Positions 18,656 through 27,557 of a DNA stretch of 49,311 nt are shown here, one piece after another. Origin of the DNA: Candidatus Bathyarchaeia archaeon (GTDB lineage: Archaea > Thermoproteota > Bathyarchaeia > Bathyarchaeales > Bathycorpusculaceae); assembly GCA_038883855.1 (NCBI GenBank), contig JAVZLH010000007.1:1-49311 (forward strand), read 5' to 3'. How positions within the stretch are numbered: the first letter of the stretch is position 1; every line of letters begins with the position of its first letter. Position numbers and translations under genes: made by a program. The notes under the pieces are model-generated. The model was not told the DNA's origin and searched no databases. It saw only the letters and a list, made by a program, of their open reading frames with translations.

Positions 18656-19384
18656 TTGGGTGTGGATTTTGGATCCCTGAGTGATGTCTTGAAGCACCCA
18701 GTTAGGCGGAAAATTATTCTTGCACTTTTTGAGCGGGAAAATTTGTCTTATGTTGATCTCATGAACTTTGTAGGTGTTTCTAACACTGGAAAGTTTAATT
18801 ATCACTTGAAAATTTTAGGCGATTTAATCGAGAAGAATCAGAACGGTCGATATGTTTTAACGGAAAAAGGGCGGATGACTGTCCAACTTCTTCAAAAGTT
18901 TCCAGAGAAGCAGCCTCAACCAACAATTTTGTCCATGGCGGACCCCGCAGTAATCGGTTTTGCAGGCGTAGTTTTAACGGTGGTTAACCCTGTTTTCTGG
19001 ATCTCTGCCATTACAGCATTATTGAAGGTAGAATTAGATGTGCCATTCTTCTTTTTAATTGTATTTTCAAGCGTTGCATACACCTTAATAGTTCCTGGCG
19101 CGGTGATGTGGCTGCTAACTACTAGTCGCACACATTCCCATGACATGTATGACTTGATGAAGCCGCCTCTGATAACGTTCGTTCTCCTGCTTGTTCTTTT
19201 GGCAATTATGCTTCTCCTGAACGTAAATTTAGTGATAGTACTTAAAAGCCTAACCATCCAAGGGCGGTATTCCCTCATGCAAACAAGTCTACAAACACTA
19301 CTATTCCAAGGCCTAATACTATCCTTCTTGGGAGTCCTCATTGCAGAACTGGCAAGCAAACTAAGAAAAAGAATGACACTTTAG
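18656..19384 (+). CDS. ArsR-like wHTH fused to a multi-TM domain
   Basis: LKHPVRRKII...TGKFNYHLKILGDLI...YVLTEKG followed by about four hydrophobic helices. Confidence 0.82.
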   Translation: MGVDFGSLSDVLKHPVRRKIILALFERENLSYVDLMNFVGVSNTGKFNYHLKILGDLIEKNQNGRYVLTEKGRMTVQLLQKFPEKQPQPTILSMADPAVIGFAGVVLTVVNPVFWISAITALLKVELDVPFFFLIVFSSVAYTLIVPGAVMWLLTTSRTHSHDMYDLMKPPLITFVLLLVLLAIMLLLNVNLVIVLKSLTIQGRYSLMQTSLQTLLFQGLILSFLGVLIAELASKLRKRMTL

Positions 19385-19578
19385 CCGCCAACAAACCTCT
19401 TCTATTAATCACCGTTAAAAGGAAGCATGGAAACCTATACCTACAAAGCTTTTAGATGACACTGCGTTTGTGACTGAAAACCGCCCACAAACATGCCACG
19501 CTTTAACAGCAACATTTAATTTTCCATAAGGGCTTTAGAATGTTTTGGCAATGAACAGCCACTGCGAGCCTTCCTAAT

Positions 19579-19767
19579 CCCACCGGCTAAATCCATGCAG
19601 ACGGACCCAACAGAGGCGAAAAGCCTATGAAGACGGGTTTACCCAAGCATGGGACACGGTGGGCGCGGGCGCAAAACCCTCCCACGCCGGAGAGAGCTTA
19701 ACCAAGAGGAGCGCATGGCTCCACAATGAAGTTAAGTGATAGGTATCGTGGGAAACAAACGCCCGCG
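19579..19767 (+). ncRNA. Putative two-hairpin guide sRNA (H/ACA-like with K-turns)
   Basis: Two nested stem-internal loop-stem-GA/ATGA-apical hairpin units, each followed by ACA (19654-19656; 19755-19757); GC-rich intergenic segment without a convincing ORF. Confidence 0.55.
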
Positions 19768-19819
19768 AAACAACTTTTAAGTTTGGCTTTTGCATAAGTG
19801 TTGAAAGGCTTGATGCATC

Positions 19820-20896
19820 TTGGATATAGAAACAAAGATTGATTTGATTAAGAAACCACCAACCGAAGAAGTGCTCGTTGAAAGCGAGCTACGGGAACTT
19901 TTAGAAACTAACGAGCATCCTGGACATTACATAGGTTTCGAAATTTCGGGCTTACTGCATTTGGGAAACCTCGTAATTTCAGGATTCAAAATAAACGATT
20001 TCCTAAAGGCTGGAATAAAATGCCAAGTTTATTTGGCGGACTGGCACAGCTTCATAAACGATAAGCTCGGCGGAGACTGGAACAAAATTTTGATGGCGGC
20101 AAAATATTATGAAAAGGCGTTTAAATTTTTCTGTCCAGGAGTGAAAATTGTTCTAGGTTCGGAATTATACCGCAACAACGACGAGTACTGGCGGAACCTC
20201 ATCCGCTTTGCTAAACACATGACGATTGCAAGAAGCAGACGGTGCATGACAATAATGGGAAGAAGCGAATTTGAAAAACTCGACCTATCCCAGTACTTTT
20301 ACGCGCCAATGCAAGCAGTCGACATAAAAACCATAGGCGCCGACATTCCCCATGGCGGAATGGACCAGCGCAAAGCGCATGTTTTGGCGAGGGAAATCTT
20401 TCCGAAAATGGGATGGAAAAAGCCTGTGGCGGTCCACCATCACCTTCTTATGGGAATAGCCAAACCAGTCACGCTTAAGGCGAGAACAAAGCTTGAGCAG
20501 GTTGAGGCAAGCAAGATGAGCAAATCAAAGCCTTGGACAGCCATATTCATCCACGACAGTGAAGAGGAGATAATGACGAAGTTGCAAAAGGCATGGTGTC
20601 CAGAAAGACAAGTGGAATTTAATCCAATACTGGAAATAGTGAAGTACGTGATATTTCATGAAATGGAAACTTTCGAAGTTGAAAGACCAGCGAAGTTCGG
20701 CGGCACCCTACGGTTCCAAAATTATGAAGAGTTGGAGAAAGAATACAGTCAAGGGAAAGTTCATCCTCAAGACTTGAAGAATGCTGTGGCAAAAGAATTA
20801 GCCAAAATCCTTGAGCCAGTCAGAAAATATTTTGAAGCAGACAAAGAAGCAAGAGAATGCTTAAAAGTTGTAAAAAGCTTTGAAGTTTCAAGGTAA
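19820..20896 (+). CDS. tyrS: Tyrosyl-tRNA synthetase
   Basis: YIGFEISGLLHLG, YAPMQAVD, GGMDQRKAH and KMSKS motifs. Confidence 0.96.
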   Translation: MDIETKIDLIKKPPTEEVLVESELRELLETNEHPGHYIGFEISGLLHLGNLVISGFKINDFLKAGIKCQVYLADWHSFINDKLGGDWNKILMAAKYYEKAFKFFCPGVKIVLGSELYRNNDEYWRNLIRFAKHMTIARSRRCMTIMGRSEFEKLDLSQYFYAPMQAVDIKTIGADIPHGGMDQRKAHVLAREIFPKMGWKKPVAVHHHLLMGIAKPVTLKARTKLEQVEASKMSKSKPWTAIFIHDSEEEIMTKLQKAWCPERQVEFNPILEIVKYVIFHEMETFEVERPAKFGGTLRFQNYEELEKEYSQGKVHPQDLKNAVAKELAKILEPVRKYFEADKEARECLKVVKSFEVSR

Positions 20897-20900
20897 AAAC

Positions 20901-21317
20901 TTGTCGATTCATCTTAAAGAGAAAGAGGAAAAAATTCTCAAAGTCTTAGAGCAGTTAGCCGAGGAATCCGCGAAAGGGACGCCAATAATTGTGGAAGGAA
21001 AAAATGACATAACCACGTTAAGGGCTTTAGGCGTTAAGGGAAAAGTCCTATCAGCGAAAACCGGCGGAAAATCCTTGTTAGAAACAGTCTCTCAACTAGA
21101 AAAACAAGAGTCAAGAGAGGTTATTCTTCTACTGGATTTTGACAGACGAGGAAGAGAGTTGACTGAAAGGCTAAAACAGCAACTGGAAAAGGTTGGAGTA
21201 AACCCGAACCTCTCGTTTTGGCGTGAACTTTTGCTGCTTGTCCGTAGAGAAGTTAAGGACATTGAAGGCTTAGCCTCTTATATGGAAAACTTAAAGAGGA
21301 AGATTTGTAATTCATAA
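20901..21317 (+). CDS. Small Toprim-domain protein
   Basis: IIVEGKND and LDFDRRG motifs; start placed at the in-frame TTG at 20901, after the tyrS stop. Confidence 0.88.
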   Translation: MSIHLKEKEEKILKVLEQLAEESAKGTPIIVEGKNDITTLRALGVKGKVLSAKTGGKSLLETVSQLEKQESREVILLLDFDRRGRELTERLKQQLEKVGVNPNLSFWRELLLLVRREVKDIEGLASYMENLKRKICNS

Positions 21318-21422
21318 AAGTAATATAAAGCAACAGTCAACTGTAAAAGTTAGTGGTGTTGAGAGCAATTCTCTCATCACACAATTGAAACTAACCAGTA
21401 TAACAGTAGGAGGTGCACGCTT

Positions 21423-22565
21423 ACGGGTTCATCACAAGCGTTTACCGTAAAGTATGTCATACACGCAAAATTCGAAATAGAAGGAGTAGTTGAAAAACCA
21501 GACGTTATAGGAGCAGTCTTCGGACAAACAGAAGGACTTTTCGGCCCAGAACTCGATCTAAGAGAACTGCAAAAATCTGGAAGAATCGGAAGAATAGAAA
21601 TCGAACTTCACTCAAAAAACGACAGAACAACAGGCACAATAACAATTCCAACAAGCATGGACAGGGTCTCCACAGCATTAATCGCAGCAAGCATAGAAAG
21701 CATAAACCGAGTTGGACCATGCGCCGCGAAAGTGACCCTAGAAAAAATTGAGGATGTAAGGGAAGCCAGAAGAAAAGCAATAATTGATAGAGCCAAGGAG
21801 ATTCTGCACAAGTGGACAATTGAGGCAATGCCATCCGTTGACGAGGTCTTCAGAGAAGTCGCGGAAACCCTCAAAGTAGCAAAAGTTGAAAAATACGGGC
21901 CGGAAGAGTTGTCTGCGGGACCAGAAGTCGACAGTTCAAAGGAAATCATAATAGTTGAGGGAAGAGCAGACGTAATAAATCTCATGCGGTGCGGGCTGCT
22001 AAATGTAATAGCTATGGAAGGAGCTAAGGTTCCGGAAACAATAAAAAGACTTTGCAAAGAGAAGGAGGCAACAGCTTTCCTCGACGGCGACAGAGGCGGA
22101 GACCTAATCCTGAAAGAACTTTTGCAAGTTACGAATGTAAAGTATGTTGCAAGGGCGCCAAGGGGAAGCGAAGTTGAAGACTTAAATTGCAAGGAAATTT
22201 TTGAATCCCTCGCAGCAAAGGTTCCAGTTGAAGAACTGTTTAAGCCAAAAAGGGAAAAGCCCAAACTGGAATTTCCAAAAGAGGTTGTTCAAACAGTAAA
22301 GGAACTTGAGGGAACATTAGAGGCTGTTCTTCTGAACGATAAGTTAGAGCGGATAGAGCGACTGCCTGTAAGTCAACTAGCCGAGAAACTTCAGCAAGTG
22401 GAGGATGTTGACACGGTTATTTTTGATGGTATAATAACGCAGAGAATTGTTGACATAGCAAGCGAGAAAAACATAAAGACAATCATTGCATCTCGCATTT
22501 CAGAAGCTGTAAAATCGCCATTAAACGTTCAACTGATAACGTTCTCAGAGGTCGCTGAAAGCTAA
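21423..22565 (+). CDS. dnaG: Archaeal DnaG (primase/exosome subunit); apparent ACG start
   Basis: VEGRADV and DGDRGG motifs. The conserved N-domain (VVEKPDVIGAVFGQTEGL...LRELQKSGRIGRI) lies in frame upstream of the ORF-track ATG at 21657; SD GGAGGTG at 21409-21415. Confidence 0.93.
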   Translation, partial: TGSSQAFTVKYVIHAKFEIEGVVEKPDVIGAVFGQTEGLFGPELDLRELQKSGRIGRIEIELHSKNDRTTGTITIPTSMDRVSTALIAASIESINRVGPCAAKVTLEKIEDVREARRKAIIDRAKEILHKWTIEAMPSVDEVFREVAETLKVAKVEKYGPEELSAGPEVDSSKEIIIVEGRADVINLMRCGLLNVIAMEGAKVPETIKRLCKEKEATAFLDGDRGGDLILKELLQVTNVKYVARAPRGSEVEDLNCKEIFESLAAKVPVEELFKPKREKPKLEFPKEVVQTVKELEGTLEAVLLNDKLERIERLPVSQLAEKLQQVEDVDTVIFDGIITQRIVDIASEKNIKTIIASRISEAVKSPLNVQLITFSEVAES

Positions 22566-24964
22566 GCTGCGAAAAAGTCTGTAAGCTTTCTAACTTCCTT
22601 CTCCTCGACAGTTGGGGTTAGCAATTGCTCTTCGGTTATGCCGAAACATTCGAGAATTCTGGCTGCGGCTGGCACAACTTGCTTAGTCACGTAATATTCT
22701 ATGTCGACTTCGTCATAGGAAGCGAACATGTAGGGTTTAACCCTCTCATATAAGCGTCCACCGCCCGCAACAACAACATATCCTACTTTGTCGCCAACCG
22801 TAAGTTTCCAGCCCTTCTCCGCCAACATCTTCGCAGCCTCAACATGTGAAGCCCTGACCTCATATTCTTCCGGAGGCTTTGTCAATGTTTTCCAGATTAT
22901 TAAATTACGGTAGGGAACGCGTTTCTGCCTAAGTTCATAAACGAATTGCTGCACAAACTTTGCGGCTTTCTTCGGCGACTGCTCCTTTAAAACAATTTCA
23001 AGAACTTTTTCCTGAACATTTTTCGCTACAACAGCCCAGTCTCCCCTTATAACCTCTAAACCAACAATATCAAGTCTTCCATCGGGTAAAAGTCCAGCAT
23101 AACGCTTTTTGGCTTCAGTGAAGAAAATGCGGGTGTAAACCTTGTCGGGCTTAATTTCTAATCCAAGTTTCTCTTCAATTTCCCTCGAGAATTTTTCAAC
23201 CTTGTCGGGTTCATGCTTTATGAATATGCTATCCGTGTCGCCGTAAACAACCTTCAACCCCAGCTTTTTGGCAATTTCAATAGTCGTTAGAATAGTGTGT
23301 CGCCCCCACGCTGTTGCGGCTTCAGCAACAGGCTTAATGTACCAACGTGCCCCGACCCATCCAGCATAACCATAAGAGGCGTTAGTTATCACTTTAACAG
23401 CCTTTTGGCGAGCATCCAAAACACGATATTCAACACTTCCCACAGAAAGAGCCTTCATCCTTGAGCGAATTTCGTTCCGAACATTGATGAGGTAGGATAA
23501 AACCTCCTTGTAGAAGCCGGCGGGCTCCTTCCGGAACTTATGCTTAACCTCTGGAGCTTCATAGACTCCGCATGGTGGGATGGGCTCTTTTGGCGAAACA
23601 TAAGTGTCTGGGGATAGGTTGTAGGTTATCATTATATTTGGGTACATTGCCGCAAAATCCAGAACAGCAATATTCTCATGGAGTCCGGGTTCTGGGCTTA
23701 GCACTATGGCTCCAGCGTAGGGGCGGTAAGGTTGCTCTATCCTTTTCGGTATTAGTTCACCTATTTTTTGGGCGTGTTTTATAAGGAACCATTCAACCCT
23801 AAAGCCTACAGCAGCTGTTCCAACATGGTCTAGAGGCAGCCCAACAAGGTTTGAAAGTTGCATGGCAAAATCCATTATGGACTCGGCTATTCCCATGATG
23901 CAACGGACGTTTTCCATCGAAAACTTTTTCAGAATTTCCCTTTTCTCCAGGTTATCCCAGTAATCCGCGAAATCTACATCATCAATTATTGTGCGTTCCT
24001 CGATTTTCATAACGCCCAAGTAATCTGCCAAATTCTCAAGAGTTTTAACCTTAACCTCTGGGAACTCGTCTGCAAAATCAAATATGTCAATGTTGGCGCG
24101 TCCAGTCAGCGAAACATGTCCGTAAACGCTTGTATGGAGTTCGGTTTTTGCTCTGTCAACCGTTAAGCGTAACCCAAGTTTTTTGCACCTCTCTTTTAAG
24201 TACTGCCAGTCTTGTCTATTGACGCCGTACCCGACAATTATGTCTGGGTCGAAGTTTTGAACATAACTTATGAAAGATTCTAGGAGTTGCTTGTCATTTT
24301 TGTTTTCATCTGCCAGAAACTGCCTCTGTTCGCCAGTGTTCGTCGCCGCAGAGATTATAACAACAGGGTTTCTGTCTGGTTTGGGAGAGCCTTCACGGCT
24401 GTAACAGATTGTTGAGAACCCTAAAATTCTCAACTGTGGAGTTTTGGCTTCTTCAACAAATTTTGGGAATGCTTTCGCCGTGTAAACCTTGTCTACTTGA
24501 GCATTTATTTTTGTTGTTTCCTCAGCAACTTCAAATTCGTGCCATCCGCATGGAACAATGTTGTTGTCGATTAAATAACGCATGGAATATCGAATGTCGT
24601 CTTCGAGGCATTCTTTAACTCCTTCGAGTTTTCGAAAGGCTTTAGCGTATTTCGGTATCAAATCTGGATTTTGGCAGTAAACCTTCACGGCTTTCACAGG
24701 CTTTCCAAAGAATTTTTTATCCACAACCTCAAGTTTTACAATAAAAGGATTATGCCCCTTTTCAATTTCCCTTACAACTTTTGCTGGGTCAAAACCCTCT
24801 TCGACAACAACATAAAAGTAGGCAAGAAAACTTCTATCAACAACAAGCACTCTTTCGCCGGAGTCCTTGATTCCCCAAAGCCAAATCTCGGACACTCCAT
24901 TTTTAACTTCGTAGTTCACGTCTAAAAGCCAAAACTTAACCTTCATGAGCGCTTCCGTTCCCAA
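22562..24964 (-). CDS. polB: Family B DNA polymerase (PolB3-like)
   Basis: DFAAMYP, KVITNASYGY, YGDTDS and KKRYAG motifs; exonuclease motifs look degenerate. Confidence 0.95.
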   Translation of the reverse strand: MGTEALMKVKFWLLDVNYEVKNGVSEIWLWGIKDSGERVLVVDRSFLAYFYVVVEEGFDPAKVVREIEKGHNPFIVKLEVVDKKFFGKPVKAVKVYCQNPDLIPKYAKAFRKLEGVKECLEDDIRYSMRYLIDNNIVPCGWHEFEVAEETTKINAQVDKVYTAKAFPKFVEEAKTPQLRILGFSTICYSREGSPKPDRNPVVIISAATNTGEQRQFLADENKNDKQLLESFISYVQNFDPDIIVGYGVNRQDWQYLKERCKKLGLRLTVDRAKTELHTSVYGHVSLTGRANIDIFDFADEFPEVKVKTLENLADYLGVMKIEERTIIDDVDFADYWDNLEKREILKKFSMENVRCIMGIAESIMDFAMQLSNLVGLPLDHVGTAAVGFRVEWFLIKHAQKIGELIPKRIEQPYRPYAGAIVLSPEPGLHENIAVLDFAAMYPNIMITYNLSPDTYVSPKEPIPPCGVYEAPEVKHKFRKEPAGFYKEVLSYLINVRNEIRSRMKALSVGSVEYRVLDARQKAVKVITNASYGYAGWVGARWYIKPVAEAATAWGRHTILTTIEIAKKLGLKVVYGDTDSIFIKHEPDKVEKFSREIEEKLGLEIKPDKVYTRIFFTEAKKRYAGLLPDGRLDIVGLEVIRGDWAVVAKNVQEKVLEIVLKEQSPKKAAKFVQQFVYELRQKRVPYRNLIIWKTLTKPPEEYEVRASHVEAAKMLAEKGWKLTVGDKVGYVVVAGGGRLYERVKPYMFASYDEVDIEYYVTKQVVPAAARILECFGITEEQLLTPTVEEKEVRKLTDFFAA

Positions 24965-25098
24965 CTATCTAATGTTGTTAAACAAAGTTTTTGAATTCTT
25001 CCTAAAATCACCGCTCGTTTTGTCTGCGCCCCCTAAATAGGTGCAAATGAACTCGTGATAAATAAGGTTTAAGTAACTTTTGCCGCTCACCACAGCAT

Positions 25099-25695
25099 AT
25101 GGAAGAAAAAGTAAAGACAAAACCCAACCTCTCAATACTCGCTTTGGCTTCCTTCATAGCTTCTTTCATAATAGCTAGAACATTCACAAGTTCATATCCA
25201 AAAATAGTTTGGGAAGTCAGCGGCTACCACATTCACCATTTCTGGTATGGACTGGCAATGCTCGCCATAGGTGGATGGCTTGGGATTAGCATCGAAAACG
25301 AGCGGCTTAACAGAATTGCAGCAATTCTTTTCGGTGCTGGTGGCGGATTAATAGGGGATGAAGTTGGGCTTTTGCTCACTTTTGAAAGCGAAGGCTATTG
25401 GGCTGAAATCACCTACACACTCGTGATAATGTTTTTAGCATTAGTTTCAGCAACAGCCTTAGCGATTAGATACTCAAAAACTATACGTGCAGAGTTTGCA
25501 CAGTTTTTCGGAAGCAACATAAGCCTCTACCTCGGAGTTTTTCTAGTCGCAGTTTCAATAGCTTTCATTTTAGAAGCCGAGGACATAACAATAATTGTCA
25601 TTTCAAGCGCCGTAGTTTTGGCAGCATCCGTCATGATTTTAGTTTATTTTGCCAAAAGAACAATGTTCAGGCTTCGAAAACGCAATTCACGGTAA
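25099..25695 (+). CDS. Integral membrane protein with HIHH motif
   Basis: Multi-TM protein with GYHIHHFWYG and GLIGDEVG. Confidence 0.8.
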   Translation: MEEKVKTKPNLSILALASFIASFIIARTFTSSYPKIVWEVSGYHIHHFWYGLAMLAIGGWLGISIENERLNRIAAILFGAGGGLIGDEVGLLLTFESEGYWAEITYTLVIMFLALVSATALAIRYSKTIRAEFAQFFGSNISLYLGVFLVAVSIAFILEAEDITIIVISSAVVLAASVMILVYFAKRTMFRLRKRNSR

Positions 25696-25718
25696 AGTTG
25701 AAGCCGAGCCTTCCCGCT

Positions 25719-26561
25719 TTAAATGGAACCTCCCAAGATTAAAGAAGCCAAAACTGCGATTATGACGATTGCCAGGGTTTCAAACAACGTTATTTTCCAA
25801 TGCACCCGAGTTCTTTTTGAGCGGTAGCGGACGAGGAAAATACCTACAACTGCGCCGACAATTGACAATGACAGGATTATGTTGTAGGGCCTGGTTAAAG
25901 CCAGATAGGCAATTATGGGGATGCTGCCTGCAAGGAAGGTCGTTGTGCCACAGATTGTCGCCGCGTAAATGTTAGATTTATTTATTTCACTATGCAACAA
26001 AGTAAACAACTGTTTAAGCAAAAGGAGAGATTTGTCTCGCTCTTTTTTGTCAGGTATGTCGCTTAGGCTGTAATCCATCAAAGTTTGAAGGGTCATTATG
26101 TCAGCTAAATCCTCTGTTATGCCGCCGAGTAGAAAGCTAGAGAAATTCGTTATCGCCACAGATGCCAAAGTTAGAAAAGCCGCAAAAGTCGCCGCTGCGG
26201 TTGAAAGCCCGGCAACAAACTCTGAGATGACAACAACGAGGCTTGTCACTGAACCGTCGACAAGCCCAGCAACAACTTCAAATATCGGTTCCTTCTTTAA
26301 AAGCAAGCTTTCCCATTCTTTGCCTAACTTAATACCTTGCTCTGTCAGTTGAACCATTCCATCTTTCTCGAGAATTAGACCCTCGGAAGCCATCTCTTTT
26401 AAAGCTTTTTCAATGTCGCTTGTTTCAATACAGACATGCCCGCCGCAAATTTTGTCCACTCGGTTTTTGAGAACATTCTTTTGCAATTTTATTCTGTTGC
26501 TGAGGCTTAAAAGCACAATTATCCTTATAACGTCTGGGAGTTCTTGTATTTCAAAGGACAC
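25719..26561 (-). CDS. wHTH fused to a VIT1/CCC1-like membrane domain
   Basis: N-terminal wHTH wing (VQLTEQG); GLVDGSVTSL and FLAGSIPII resemble VIT1 helices. Confidence 0.65.
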   Translation of the reverse strand: MSFEIQELPDVIRIIVLLSLSNRIKLQKNVLKNRVDKICGGHVCIETSDIEKALKEMASEGLILEKDGMVQLTEQGIKLGKEWESLLLKKEPIFEVVAGLVDGSVTSLVVVISEFVAGLSTAAATFAAFLTLASVAITNFSSFLLGGITEDLADIMTLQTLMDYSLSDIPDKKERDKSLLLLKQLFTLLHSEINKSNIYAATICGTTTFLAGSIPIIAYLALTRPYNIILSLSIVGAVVGIFLVRYRSKRTRVHWKITLFETLAIVIIAVLASLILGGSI

Positions 26562-26674
26562 GCTAAACGGTCACCGTTTGCGATTAAAAAGAAAAGCCCA
26601 ACTAATAACTTTTATGCGCATTAATCAAAATTGGAAAAGCTTTTATCATAATCAGCAAACATAATTTTGGAGGA

Positions 26675-26830
26675 ATGTTGTTGAATGTTAAACTTCTTGT
26701 AGATGGCGAGGAAATAGCCTTAAACGAATTTGTTGTTAAAATCCTAAGTGGCGTGATCGTTGGCGCCGTAACCTCTCTGCGGGGAATAAAAAAGGACTGG
26801 AAGAAAATCGAAATAGAAGTAACGAAATGA
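26675..26830 (+). CDS. Small protein resembling the MobB C-terminal module
   Basis: Not in the ORF track: MLLNVKLLVDGEEIALNEFVVKILSGVIVGAVTSLRGIKKDWKKIEIEVTK*; GGAGG lies just upstream, so the start may be TTG at 26678 or 26681. Confidence 0.7.
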   Translation: MLLNVKLLVDGEEIALNEFVVKILSGVIVGAVTSLRGIKKDWKKIEIEVTK

Positions 26831-26858
26831 AGCTCTATGGGAAAAACTAATATCCTAA

Positions 26859-27203
<345 letters not shown>

Positions 27204-27322
27204 CAGAGCAACACGCGTATCTTTCTCCTGATTTTCACCATTCAACAACCACTCCGGTTCTTAGACATATTTTAAATACTGCCGTGGATAATAATTAGCT
27301 CTAAGCTATGGGAGGTGAAATT

Positions 27323-27484
27323 TTGGAAAAGTGGGAATGCAAAGTATGCGGTTACATCTACGACCCACAAGTAGGCGACGCAGAACATGGCGTGAAACCC
27401 GGAACACCTTTTGAAGAACTTCCTGAAGACTGGGTTTGTCCAGTTTGCGGTGCACCGAAAGACCAGTTTGTTAGAAAAAAGTAA
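27323..27484 (+). CDS. Rubredoxin
   Basis: Not in the ORF track: [15 protein letters not shown]...[20 protein letters not shown]; SD GGAGGTG upstream of the TTG. Confidence 0.95.
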   Translation: MEKWECKVCGYIYDPQVGDAEHGVKPGTPFEELPEDWVCPVCGAPKDQFVRKK

Positions 27485-27557
27485 CTATCCAGCCTTTCTT
27501 GGAAACGTGGTTTTTAAAACTTTATTTACTATGATTAGGTAATTTGATTGACCAGCT

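Noticed and set aside
19550-19780. SRP RNA or RNase P RNA
   Set aside because: No SRP helix-8 signature or P4 motifs were seen; RNase P RNA is at 40301-40617.
21413-21493. GTG at 21413 as the dnaG start
   Set aside because: It is out of frame with the conserved domain, stops early and overlaps the SD itself.
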